Translations under genes and position numbers: made by a program
Shown: positions 27,074 to 36,800 of the stretch, piece after piece
Numbering within the stretch: the stretch's first letter is position 1
How the letters are laid out: every line of letters starts with the position of its first letter
The notes under the pieces: generated by a model
Told to the model about the DNA's origin: nothing
What the model saw: the letters and a program-made list of their open reading frames with translations, nothing else
The model's database searches: none
Sequence record: LC592711.1
DNA length: 64,000 nucleotides
Direction: 5' to 3' (one strand)

Positions 27074-28363
27074 TTACGAAGGCTGGCGCATCACGCCGAC
27101 CATCACGTAGTTGTTGTTGCCATCGATGATGGCTTGGTTCGTACCGAGCTGGTTCGACACGAGGACATAGGCGTAGACCAGTTGGCCATTGACCGTGCCC
27201 TTGTAAGCCTTGTAGTGAACCACGCCACCGTCAACAGGCTTGCCTGCCGAGGTGAATGCCGGGAACAGAGCCGTATCGTTTTCGCCGTTCGAATACTGGA
27301 CATTGCCCGAAGCGTCCCACGTAGCGACGTCCTTCGTTGCGCAGTCTTGGTATTCGTCGAATTGCTTGCCGGCGAGTTCCGTCGGGTCGGTGACTTCCGT
27401 CAGGTCGCTGGATGCGAACACGTACTGACCCATCGACTTACCAGCGTTCGAAGCGCACAGCATGCCCACACGGTTGCCCAGAGTGGAGATGACGCCCGTG
27501 AACGAACCCGCATCGGTGAACGACGTCACATTGCCGTTTGCGTCGATGCTGGCCTTAGCCGACAGCGAACCGCGATTCGGGTCAGTGATAGCGATGCCGA
27601 ACGTGTTGTCCAGGTTGATTGCCGAACCGATGTTGAACGAAGTCATGTTCGGGGTGGTGAATGCCGCAGCCGTGAACGCTTGCTTGGTGAGAGCCGTGTC
27701 CGCAGTTGCAACCTTCGCCGACACATCTGCCTGAGTCAGACCGGCGGCTTTCAAAGCCGTCGCGTACTGGTCGAGCAGCGCGTCGTTTGCGTCACCCTTC
27801 ACAGCACCGAAGGTGGAGTTGATGGGGTTGAAGTCCGAAGCCAGTTGCAGCTGGCCCGGCAGCGTAGCGATTGCAGCCTTGACCTTCGTGAGCGAAGTAG
27901 CGAGCTTGTCCGCGGTGATGTTACCCGAGAGCGAGCCTGCCGTTGCGCTGTTGAAGAAGGTTGCCGGGTCCTGACCTGCCATCGCGCCGACCATCGCATC
28001 CGTCAGCGGAGTGATGTTCGAAGTACCCGGAGCCGGAGCTACCGAATACAATGCGTTTTGAAGGGCCTGGCCGTTCGCCTGACCGCCTGCGACCTGCAAG
28101 GCACACGGATAGTCGTCCGCGCTTGCCGTGACCGTGTAGAGGCCGTTTGCGTCGGTCGTAGCGGTATGCGTATCGCCCGTCACGCACTTGAACGTGACGG
28201 TGCCGCCCACGATGGGCGCGCCGATTGCAGCCGTACCACGAGTGACGACTTGAGGTTGTTGATTAGCAGTGCTCGAAGGGCTGTTCGAACCACCACCACC
28301 GCCGCCACAGGCGGACAGAACGAGTGCCGATGCGATGATAGCGGCGATTTGAATCTTTTTCAT
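27074..28363 (-). CDS. Host-like outer-membrane lipoprotein (lipobox LSAC, Gly/Ser linker, carboxypeptidase-regulatory-like beta domain)
   Basis: MKKIQIAAIIASALVLSA|CGGGGGGSNSPSS; 'RGTAAIGAPIVGGTVTFKC...ATTDANGLYT'; AAGGA RBS. Confidence 0.8.
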   Translation of the reverse strand: MKKIQIAAIIASALVLSACGGGGGGSNSPSSTANQQPQVVTRGTAAIGAPIVGGTVTFKCVTGDTHTATTDANGLYTVTASADDYPCALQVAGGQANGQALQNALYSVAPAPGTSNITPLTDAMVGAMAGQDPATFFNSATAGSLSGNITADKLATSLTKVKAAIATLPGQLQLASDFNPINSTFGAVKGDANDALLDQYATALKAAGLTQADVSAKVATADTALTKQAFTAAAFTTPNMTSFNIGSAINLDNTFGIAITDPNRGSLSAKASIDANGNVTSFTDAGSFTGVISTLGNRVGMLCASNAGKSMGQYVFASSDLTEVTDPTELAGKQFDEYQDCATKDVATWDASGNVQYSNGENDTALFPAFTSAGKPVDGGVVHYKAYKGTVNGQLVYAYVLVSNQLGTNQAIIDGNNNYVMVGVMRQPS

Positions 28364-28447
28364 TTTCTACGGTCCTTTTCTTATTACGAAAAAAGCGGGC
28401 CTACCCTCGCAGGCCCTGTTGTCAAAAAGTTTTACTGCTACTGCTAG

Positions 28448-29215
28448 TTACGACGACTTCTTGTCATCGGGCTGATTCAGTTCATGAGCCCGACGTTCTG
28501 CATGACGACGTTCCTGACGACGGCTTTGATGGCCGGTAACACCTGCCGATTGAAACGCCTTCTGCATCTGGTTGCTACCCATCTCGACTTCACGACCCGG
28601 TTCGCCAACAGAACCAGCCGCTTCGACGATATGGCTCGGCGCCAATACTTCAGCCGTCGGCGATTCGACTTCGCGGTCTTGCTGCTTGCGCTCCGCCGCA
28701 CGAGTACCCGAATGCCACATCCAGTGCATCTGGTTGTCGCTCTTGTTGACCACAGCCGTTGCCGGCGTGTGATCGTCTTCCTTCGGGTCGATCGGGCGGA
28801 AGCCGAAGATACGATCGATGACCTTCAGGTCGGTCGTCGTAGGCGTGAGGATGTTCAGTTCACGAAGGATGTCTTCGCTGGTGGCCTTGACGCCATGAAC
28901 ATTGAGCCACGGACCGATCGAGTAGTACACTGCGATCAGATCCTGGCCGAACGCCTTGACCCAGTACCACTTGTTGAAGTCCGGATCGTTGATGATCACG
29001 AACTTGTCCTGCATGAGCTTCTCGGCGAGATGCGTGGCCAGAGCCGGCACCTTCATCGAGATGCGTTTGTCGTTGCCTGCGGCGCCGTCGAGATACAGAC
29101 TCGCGTAGGCGGTCATCAGCATGTCGAGGCTGAGGTCTTTCGGTTCCAGCTGCGTGACACGCATGACTTGTTTCGTGCGGTTGATCAGATAGCCGGATTT
29201 GTTTGCGCTTTGCAT
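28448..29215 (-). CDS. Hypothetical protein with a disordered C-terminal tail
   Basis: AAGGAG RBS before ATG 29215. Confidence 0.75.
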   Translation of the reverse strand: MQSANKSGYLINRTKQVMRVTQLEPKDLSLDMLMTAYASLYLDGAAGNDKRISMKVPALATHLAEKLMQDKFVIINDPDFNKWYWVKAFGQDLIAVYYSIGPWLNVHGVKATSEDILRELNILTPTTTDLKVIDRIFGFRPIDPKEDDHTPATAVVNKSDNQMHWMWHSGTRAAERKQQDREVESPTAEVLAPSHIVEAAGSVGEPGREVEMGSNQMQKAFQSAGVTGHQSRRQERRHAERRAHELNQPDDKKSS

Positions 29216-29289
29216 GTTGTTCTCCTTGAACAATTTTTGCCAAAAAAGATTTGATTGTAGAGCCGAGGCCGGTAAAACAGAAACCCATA

Positions 29290-29323
29290 CATAGCTCCTG
29301 AGCCCGAAGGCTCAGGAGCTATG
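29290..29323 (-). terminator. 15-bp hairpin (cUUCGg loop on the minus strand) followed by TATG
   Basis: catagctcctgagcc-cgaa-ggctcaggagctatg; CATA at 29286-29289. Confidence 0.75.
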
Positions 29324-29348
29324 CTGGGGGTGCTTCTAACGGACCGAA

Positions 29349-29858
29349 TTACTTCGAGCCGAACGCCGACGTGAACGTCGTGTTGATGGTGTCGCGCAGC
29401 TTGCTGAGATCGCCGCGGCTGTTCTTCGCGCCGTAGGTCGCGAACTTGATGTTGGTCTGGCCGTAGACGTCCTTCTCGCCGTCGACGACGAAGTTGCCCG
29501 TTTCCTTGTCGAGGACGCGGTTCGGGACACGCTTGTGACGCTCGAACGAAACGTCGAGCACGCTGCGGCCGAGTTCGAACGACAGTGCTGCCGTGCCGAG
29601 ATCCTTCGTTTCCTTGAAGCGGCGTTCGACGGCTTTCGCGCCGGCGTCGGTCGAACCGAGGATGAAGTCGCTCACGTAGTTCTGGTCGTCGATCATCTGA
29701 TCGACATTGCGACCGTCTTCGGTCGCGATTTCGCGGAACACGGACTTCTGCAGATCCTTGTCGAGATTGCCCGACGTGTCGACCTTGCCGTCGATCTTGG
29801 CGAAGAGGCGATCCGAGATCGATTGTGCACGCGTGTTCAGCTTGAATTGTTCGCTCAT
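29349..29858 (-). CDS. Conserved, probably highly expressed early protein
   Basis: 169 aa, AAAGGA RBS, extreme C/G-ending codon bias; second gene downstream of the early motif at 30490. Confidence 0.75.
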   Translation of the reverse strand: MSEQFKLNTRAQSISDRLFAKIDGKVDTSGNLDKDLQKSVFREIATEDGRNVDQMIDDQNYVSDFILGSTDAGAKAVERRFKETKDLGTAALSFELGRSVLDVSFERHKRVPNRVLDKETGNFVVDGEKDVYGQTNIKFATYGAKNSRGDLSKLRDTINTTFTSAFGSK

Positions 29859-29924
29859 CGCGATGATTCCTTTTTAGAAAGAAGAGTTACTACGTTTAAA
29901 AGAGACTACGTTTTCAGCCGCTAG

Positions 29925-30374
29925 TTAATACGAGCGACCACCGGGCTTGCGGTTGTTATTGTTATAACCACCACTGCCTTGATACTTCGGCCGATCCCCG
30001 TAAGACTTCGGAGGATACGACCGCACTTCTTGCACCGGCACCGAAATGGGTTGCGGCGGCGGAGCAACGTACGGCTTGGCTTGGTTCAGGTTGTACTTCG
30101 TGATGAACTTCGCCTTGAAACCTTGTGACAGCACCGGACCGTTTTCCGGCATGAACACGAGAACGTACTTGCCTTCGCGTTGCGTCACGATCGGCTTCTT
30201 GTACTTCTCGTGCCAGTCAGCAGGCAGCTGCGACTGATCGAACGTCGTGTCATGGAACGCCGAATTGGGTTCGATGTACGTATCGTTCGATTTACCGACG
30301 GCCTTTTCGAGACCTTCGATTGTGTATTCGTTGTCCAGGAATTTGATAGTCCTGGAGTTCGCACCATTGGTCAT
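29925..30374 (-). CDS. Hypothetical protein with a Gly/Tyr/Asn/Arg-rich C-terminal tail
   Basis: 149 aa, GAGGA RBS. Confidence 0.75.
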   Translation of the reverse strand: MTNGANSRTIKFLDNEYTIEGLEKAVGKSNDTYIEPNSAFHDTTFDQSQLPADWHEKYKKPIVTQREGKYVLVFMPENGPVLSQGFKAKFITKYNLNQAKPYVAPPPQPISVPVQEVRSYPPKSYGDRPKYQGSGGYNNNNRKPGGRSY

Positions 30375-30489
30375 TTGATCCTCAATTGTAAAATTGACCT
30401 GTGACTCATCTCTAAATCAGAGAGAGCGCTAGTAACTTTTTATAAGTTTGAAGCAGGATTATCAAAGTTTACTCAGGAAACTCATGTGT

Positions 30490-30505
30490 GTAATATGTGG
30501 TTGAA
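30490..30505 (-). promoter_or_regulatory. Early promoter motif
   Basis: Minus strand TTCAACCACATATTAC. Confidence 0.6.
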
Positions 30506-30520
30506 AATAAATAGAAAGCA

Positions 30521-30553
30521 TAATTCACAGGGGCTTGTGGCCCCTGTGAATTA
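30521..30553 (-). terminator. 14-bp hairpin after the head protease gene
   Basis: taattcacaggggc-ttgtg-gcccctgtgaatta; CATAA at 30519-30523. Confidence 0.7.
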
Positions 30554-30562
30554 GCGGTCTGA

Positions 30563-31345
30563 TTACAACTTCTTGGTGTTGATCAGTTCGAAGAAGTTAC
30601 GCTTCGCTTGTGGCGTGTCGCGCACTTCCCAACCCAATGCACCCATGAGTGCATCGAGCGGAACGGATACCGATTCGTTCGAACCGGGACGTTGACGGAT
30701 GTTGCGTGCCGATTGACGAACCGCGCCTTCCGTGAAGATCTTGCTGGAGTGAGCTTCCAGCGACGGCGAGTCGTACTTCGTGGCCATGGCGATGCCAGGC
30801 TCGTTCACGTAGTCGAACGTGACGACGTGTTTCATCTCCTTGATGATCCGGCCACCGACGCGATGAGGCATCGAGAAGCAACGAATCGAGAAGCACACGT
30901 TTTCACTGCCGTTGTTGATCTGCTTGTCCAGTGCATCACCATACGGACCGGACGGAGCCACCGCAGACATGATGCCCACGATAGGACGGCCTTGACCATC
31001 CTTGTAGTGATCGAAGTCCAGGTAGATCTTCTTGTGATGACAGCAAGCCGACTTTTCGTCGATGCGCAGGAGACGTTCAACGAACTTGTCGTCCGATTGA
31101 CCCGTTTCCTGATTGGGGTGGCCATACTCACCACGCAATACGCCCTTCGATGCCATGCGAACGAGATCGCTCGCTTCGGTGAAGAACTTCTTGCCGTAGT
31201 TGTAGTCGTAGAACTCACCCTTGTTGTTTGTCATGTTCAGGGCGCCCACGATCATGTCGTAGTACCCGTCACTGTTTTTCTTGAGCGTGCCGGCAGCGTT
31301 CCGACCATTCAGAACCTGACAGCTAAACTCCACGGCGCCTTGCAT
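30563..31345 (-). CDS. Prohead (head maturation) protease (phiKZ gp175-like)
   Basis: 'LRGEYGHP' (catalytic His), 'CFSIR' (Ser), 'TFDYVNEPG'; C-terminal 'PSLE' self-cleavage-type site. Confidence 0.88.
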   Translation of the reverse strand: MQGAVEFSCQVLNGRNAAGTLKKNSDGYYDMIVGALNMTNNKGEFYDYNYGKKFFTEASDLVRMASKGVLRGEYGHPNQETGQSDDKFVERLLRIDEKSACCHHKKIYLDFDHYKDGQGRPIVGIMSAVAPSGPYGDALDKQINNGSENVCFSIRCFSMPHRVGGRIIKEMKHVVTFDYVNEPGIAMATKYDSPSLEAHSSKIFTEGAVRQSARNIRQRPGSNESVSVPLDALMGALGWEVRDTPQAKRNFFELINTKKL

Positions 31346-31366
31346 CTTTAACCTCTTTGCGAAAAA

Positions 31367-32089
31367 TTACATACGGAGATATTCTTCGATTTGCTCGACA
31401 CGCTCCGAGGGATTATTCAGCGCAGCGATAATACCCCGTTGCTGATACGAACCCGCGATACGGGTAAGTGTCGAGCTGGCCGAGTACTCGATGGTACGAA
31501 TCGAAGTCGGCACAGATTCTTTTTCGGTGAGGTCGGCTACCGTCTTGACTTCATGGCGGAAGTACTTCGACCGGTCTTTCGCAAGACGCGTGTTCGTTGC
31601 CACAATCAGTTCAGTAATTTCACACTGTTCCGTGATGTTCGTGCCGGCGTGTTTCACAGCCGAATCGAACACCTTGCAGCGGTCCAGGTAATTCATGAAC
31701 CAGGGCACACGAGCCTTAGCGATGATCTCGGTAAAGATGTGGTAAACGAGACCACTGTTCTTCACGAGGTCCATGCTCGGACACACAACCGTGTTTTTGT
31801 CGAAGTTGTAGAGGACATAGATGTCCCCATCGACGTCAACTTCCGAAATGGATGTCGGCGTCAGCGGAATGAACGCATTCGTCATGGTGATGAAGTAGCG
31901 GTTGCCCACAATCCATGCACAAATGCCGATGGTCTTGTTCTCGGAACCAACAGTCGCAAGCTTCACTTCGACGAAACGTTTGGGGATCATGATCGAGCAA
32001 GCATCTGCTGCCATGAGAGCCCCAGTCTTCGTCGTAACGAAACTACGCTTCGCGACTTCCGGGTCACGAGTGAGTTTCGTGACGTCCAT
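31367..32089 (-). CDS. Conserved phiKZ-like protein (gp176-like)
   Basis: 240 aa; synteny between vRNAP beta and the protease. Confidence 0.7.
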   Translation of the reverse strand: MDVTKLTRDPEVAKRSFVTTKTGALMAADACSIMIPKRFVEVKLATVGSENKTIGICAWIVGNRYFITMTNAFIPLTPTSISEVDVDGDIYVLYNFDKNTVVCPSMDLVKNSGLVYHIFTEIIAKARVPWFMNYLDRCKVFDSAVKHAGTNITEQCEITELIVATNTRLAKDRSKYFRHEVKTVADLTEKESVPTSIRTIEYSASSTLTRIAGSYQQRGIIAALNNPSERVEQIEEYLRM

Positions 32090-33522
32090 CAGGCGATTTC
32101 GATCTGGTCAGCGAACCAGTCCGCGACGTAGTCGACCACAGCCAGGTTCAGCGCGTCTTCCGTCGAGATGTCGCTATTCGCAGCCATCGCTTCGTTCACG
32201 CCGCGCAGGATACAGATTGCGTCGGTGTGATTGAACATCGTCAGGCACACGGCCTTCATCGCGAGGATGTCGATGTCCTTCAGTTCCGGATTGTAGACGC
32301 GGGAGATGAACTCTTCTGCGTTGTCCAGAATGCGGTTGACGTTGGCGCGAATGACTTCGTCATCCGTCGTACGAACGTAATGACGGATGTATTCGCCGAT
32401 AGCACGACGCACGGAGATCAGCATACCGCTTTCCGTGTTCTGCTTGGCGAGCGTGACCTGGTAGGCCCACGCCTGCTTGTACTTTTCCGTACCAGCGACG
32501 ATGTCTTCGAGATAGGTCTTGCGGTCGCCCGAGATTGCAGCACCCAGAACCGTCTCGACGTCGCCACCTTCTTCCATGTAGCGATCGTACACCGACTTGT
32601 TGACGAACACGGTCTTGTTGTCGACCTTTTCGATCAGCTTGCCGTGCTTCATCTGCTGGTTGTTGTACTCCATCGCGATGTAGAGCGCCGAGCCCGTGAC
32701 TTCCACGAGGTTCTTCAGAGCGTAGGTGTACTTCGAGCTCGACAGCCCGTTCACGCCCGTACCCGTCGGAACGCCTTCACCACCAGCGAGCAGGCGATCT
32801 GCGAACAGGAAGGTCGCGAAGTTGCGAGCCGTACCCTTGACGCGATCGACACGGAATTCGTCGTACGTCTTGAACGTGGTCGCTTGATGAGCGAACACGA
32901 CGTTCCAGACTTCGCGGATGAGTTCGATACCTTCGTTGGCCACGAACTGGTCGACAGCCGTGTCGTAAGCTTCCGCGCCGATCTTCAGCAGACCGAGCAA
33001 CTGCTCGTCCGTGAGTTCCGGATAGTCCAGTACCAGCACCTGGTTGTCTTGCGGCTTGATCGAGGCAAACTCTTCGAGCTTGTTCACAATAGCCGGAACG
33101 TCGAACAGGGGCGAGCCCGTGACCATTTCGATCGTGTAGCTGCGAACGCCCGTACGCTCGTCGATGTCCAGGACTTCTTTGAGCTTGTTGTGCAGTTCAT
33201 GCACAGCCGGAATGACGACGGTCGTAGCAAATGCCACGTGACCTGCCAGAGCCGTACCCAGCGCCGCGGACGCCGATTCCATGTAGCAGTCGTGCACGTG
33301 TTCCTGCACTTCGCCATTGACGATCTGCGTTTCGTTGCCGTTGTAGATCTGTGCCGGCAGGCCGTCGATCTCGCTCAGGCAGCTGATTGCGCTACCCCAG
33401 ATGTGGGTGGCAGCCAGTGCTTCTTCGATCGGCGAACCGGCTTTCGGACGCAACGACACGCCCTTGTCGGCGAGAACCGCCACGAGGTCTTTCGAGGAGT
33501 TCAGTGCTTCGAGAGTCAGCAT
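32089..33522 (-). CDS. Conserved phiKZ-like virion protein (gp177-like)
   Basis: 477 aa; N-terminal 'LTLEALNS'; strong codon bias; synteny. Confidence 0.7.
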   Translation of the reverse strand: MLTLEALNSSKDLVAVLADKGVSLRPKAGSPIEEALAATHIWGSAISCLSEIDGLPAQIYNGNETQIVNGEVQEHVHDCYMESASAALGTALAGHVAFATTVVIPAVHELHNKLKEVLDIDERTGVRSYTIEMVTGSPLFDVPAIVNKLEEFASIKPQDNQVLVLDYPELTDEQLLGLLKIGAEAYDTAVDQFVANEGIELIREVWNVVFAHQATTFKTYDEFRVDRVKGTARNFATFLFADRLLAGGEGVPTGTGVNGLSSSKYTYALKNLVEVTGSALYIAMEYNNQQMKHGKLIEKVDNKTVFVNKSVYDRYMEEGGDVETVLGAAISGDRKTYLEDIVAGTEKYKQAWAYQVTLAKQNTESGMLISVRRAIGEYIRHYVRTTDDEVIRANVNRILDNAEEFISRVYNPELKDIDILAMKAVCLTMFNHTDAICILRGVNEAMAANSDISTEDALNLAVVDYVADWFADQIEIA

Positions 33523-33535
33523 GATTTTTGATTCC

Positions 33536-33808
33536 TTACTTGGCGATGACGTTGGGGTTCACGGCACCGCTTTGGTGTTCGCCAGTACGCACCGACTTGT
33601 TGAACTGACCGCTCGGCATGTTACGCAGAGCGCCTTCGAGCTTCTTGTGGACCTTCATCATGAAGACGCGGTACACGGTGTCACGTGCTGCCGGCTGGCC
33701 GAAGAAGTTGCGCACGTTCTCGTTGGTCATCATCGATGCCACGGTGTTACGCGTCAACTCGGCGCCGTTGGCCAGAATGGCCATGTTGGTTTGCGGAGCG
33801 GATTGCAT
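33536..33808 (-). CDS. Small hypothetical protein (90 aa)
   Basis: CAGGA RBS before ATG 33808. Confidence 0.7.
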   Translation of the reverse strand: MQSAPQTNMAILANGAELTRNTVASMMTNENVRNFFGQPAARDTVYRVFMMKVHKKLEGALRNMPSGQFNKSVRTGEHQSGAVNPNVIAK

Positions 33809-33850
33809 AGTTGTTCCTGTTAAAAAAGATGCTGATTTCTCGACAGACAT

Positions 33851-33879
33851 AAATGGGTGAGGACTCGCCTCACCCATTT
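33851..33879 (-). terminator. 12-bp hairpin after vRNAP beta, overlapping TTATG
   Basis: aaatgggtgagg-actcg-cctcacccattt; CATAA at 33848-33852. Confidence 0.7.
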
Positions 33880-33890
33880 TTCGTTTCAGA

Positions 33891-36800
33891 TTACGAGTCG
33901 TATGCAGCCACTACAAGCTCTGCGCCCTTCATCAGAATGGCAGTGGTCGTGCCAACGATGTCAGGCGAATTCACAATACGACGTGCAATCGACGTGTAGC
34001 TGAACCGACCGAGGATCTTCGTGCCATCCTCAGCCTTCATGGGTTCCTTGATGACCTTGCCGATAATCGACTTCAGCTGGTTAACCAGCACGATCTTGTC
34101 GCCCACGCCAGCAGGTTCCGGCCCAGTAATGTAGATTCGGATTGCAACAGAATCCAGAGGAATCGAATTCCCCTTGACCTTGAAGCCCTCATCCACTTCA
34201 CCGGTAACAACCTTCTTCCCGGCCGACTTCCGACGGTGGCCAATCTCGCGGTCAGACGCAGCAACAATCTTCTTGATGCTGTCGGACATGTCCTCTTTGT
34301 CGCCGCGATAGAACACCTCGATGCGTTCAACAACGCCGTCGTATTTCGCTTTCGGAGCTTGAGAGCCGAGGGCTTTCAAACTATCAATGTCCGCCTCATC
34401 ATAGAGATCGAGACCGGAAGTGATCTCGTCCTGAATGATCATCAGAACATCGTCGTATTTGACTGCTTCACCGACTTTGATCAGGCGAGCAATCGCCTGT
34501 TTGAACGACACGATAATCGTCCGCTGTTTTGTCTGTTCCGTCATCAGCATGTCCGCAAGTTCTTGCGAGATCACGCTAGCATCTTCAATCACGTCAGCAG
34601 GTTCGCACAGAGCGAAGTGAGCGTAGGTGCCATTGCACCACACCACCTGACGGGGGTTCAGAGTGTCGGGTTTGAAGAAGCCCTTGTTGAAGGTAATTGC
34701 ATCGCCTTCAATGAACTTCGTACCAACTTTGAGATTGGTTACCAGGGTATGCGGAATCGTCATACCGGCGTTTTCGCCGTATTGTCGTCCCAGCGGATAA
34801 CCCTTGGTTGTTCCGTCTTCGTACTGGACAGTAATGCCGTGATCGGTAACTTCCGTCACCTTGCCTTTTTGCTTGGCAGTCACTGCAAAGAGTTCGCTCG
34901 CACGATGAGGAATCACGCGATCGTATCCAGTTGACAGGATGTTTTCCATCTGACCAGTCACTGCCACACCGTGCTCATGTTGAATGGAAATAAAACCCAT
35001 CCGCTTCATGTCGTCACGAGTAGCACCAGGAGACGCCAGAACACTCGACGAGAAGATGGAACTCATGGCGAGATCCTTCTTGTCGGGTTCAACCGGCATA
35101 CCCAGCGTGTTGGTCAGTTGAGGATTCGGTGCGAGATAAGTATTGATACCCACTTCACCAGAGTCCTTCGTAGCTTCAGAGATGATGCCGATGTCGTTCT
35201 TCCCGTATTCACGGGTAGCGGCTGTCATGGTGTCTTTCGAGCGACCACCAGCGCCTGTGAACGTAACTTCCTCGCGCATCTTCAGGTTTGCGATCGGATT
35301 GATGTCCTTCACCACGACGATTGACGGATCTTCCGCCAATGCTTGCCAGATGGCAAAAGGTTTCATCTCAATCGGATAACGGCTTTTGCCCGGACGACCG
35401 TTGTGAGCTCGCATGGAGCGCACCAGTTCCTGATAAACCGCACCTGCGATTCGTTCGTAACCCTTGATGCGCATTTCGCTCATGTCGAGTTCCGGACGAT
35501 GCATGTCGTCCAGGAGCAGTTCCGTCGCAAAGACCAGAATGCCCATGAAGTCAGTCGGTTCTTTCAGGTGGAGCAGCACATCCTTGGTAATCGGATCGAC
35601 AAACATGTCGCGAGCCAAGGTGATCTCACGCAAAACGCGAGTGCCGCCACCCGTCGTATCCAGAACGTTCTGATAAACGCCCGGATGATCGAAGTCCGTG
35701 ATCGAGAAACCACGAATGATCCGACGGAATTCCTGGAAGCCGCCCAAGAGCAGGCAGGCAAGACGATCGTTCTTGGAGAAGAGCAACGTTTCGTCACTGA
35801 ACACCAGAGCGACTTCGTCAGGCTGTTGTTGAGTACGCGTACCAACCGGCACACGACGGGTCTTGATCTTCAGACGCTTGATGAGTTCAGTCAGACCGTA
35901 ATCCCAAGCGAGAATCATGCCGATCGGCACGTATTTCCCAGCTATCTTGATCTCGACGAATTCAGCAGGCATACCGGACATATCGAGCCCGAGTATTTCT
36001 TCCATCTCGCCCAGAGGTTTAACCGTTTCACCTTGAATCAGGTAGAACGAATCGCCTTCGTAGTAGATGATCTTGCGTTTGTCGGAGATGGCGATCGGAA
36101 CAAAACCCTTCTTGATCCAGGGACCGACCACTTCCATGTTGAAGTTATCTTCGATCTTCGAGAGATCGAGATGGAAAACAAACTTTTCCTTCTCCACATT
36201 CTGCAACGTGAACTCTTTGATCTGGTGCGCAAGCGCCGACACAGAGCGAGGAGCCTTGATGTTCATGTGGAAGACGTTTGCAGTCTTGATATCCGTCACC
36301 ACGTCGATCGAGTTATCGAAACCCAAGGACATGACTTCATTGATCAGCCATTGCTGGTAATCATTGACGGCTTTGCGGCTACGGTAGATGAAGAACTTGC
36401 CGTAGTAGCTCGTGATCGCAACACGGTTCGGTGCCACCTTACGGATCGGGAAGTCGCCGCGCTGATTACGCATTGCATACTTCACGCCGTTGGCGGTGTA
36501 AGTACCGTCTTCGTTGATTTCCGGGATAGGGAAACGCAGCGTGGTCGGTGCGCCTTCAACAGGCACGATACGAGCCACGAAGTTCTGGTTCGTACCCTGA
36601 ATCGTCTCAGTCTTTTCGACTTCGAGATGATCCAGCATAACGTTCGCACTCTGAACGTGGGTGATCATCCTGAGGATGTGTTTGGGCAGCGTGTGCTTGA
36701 TGTACTTCTGCTGACTCACTTCAATCGAGGAGTGCAGCATCGAACCATCGACGACCACTGCATTGGGGGCAGCGATGTGTTTGGTGTCAACATGAAGCTC

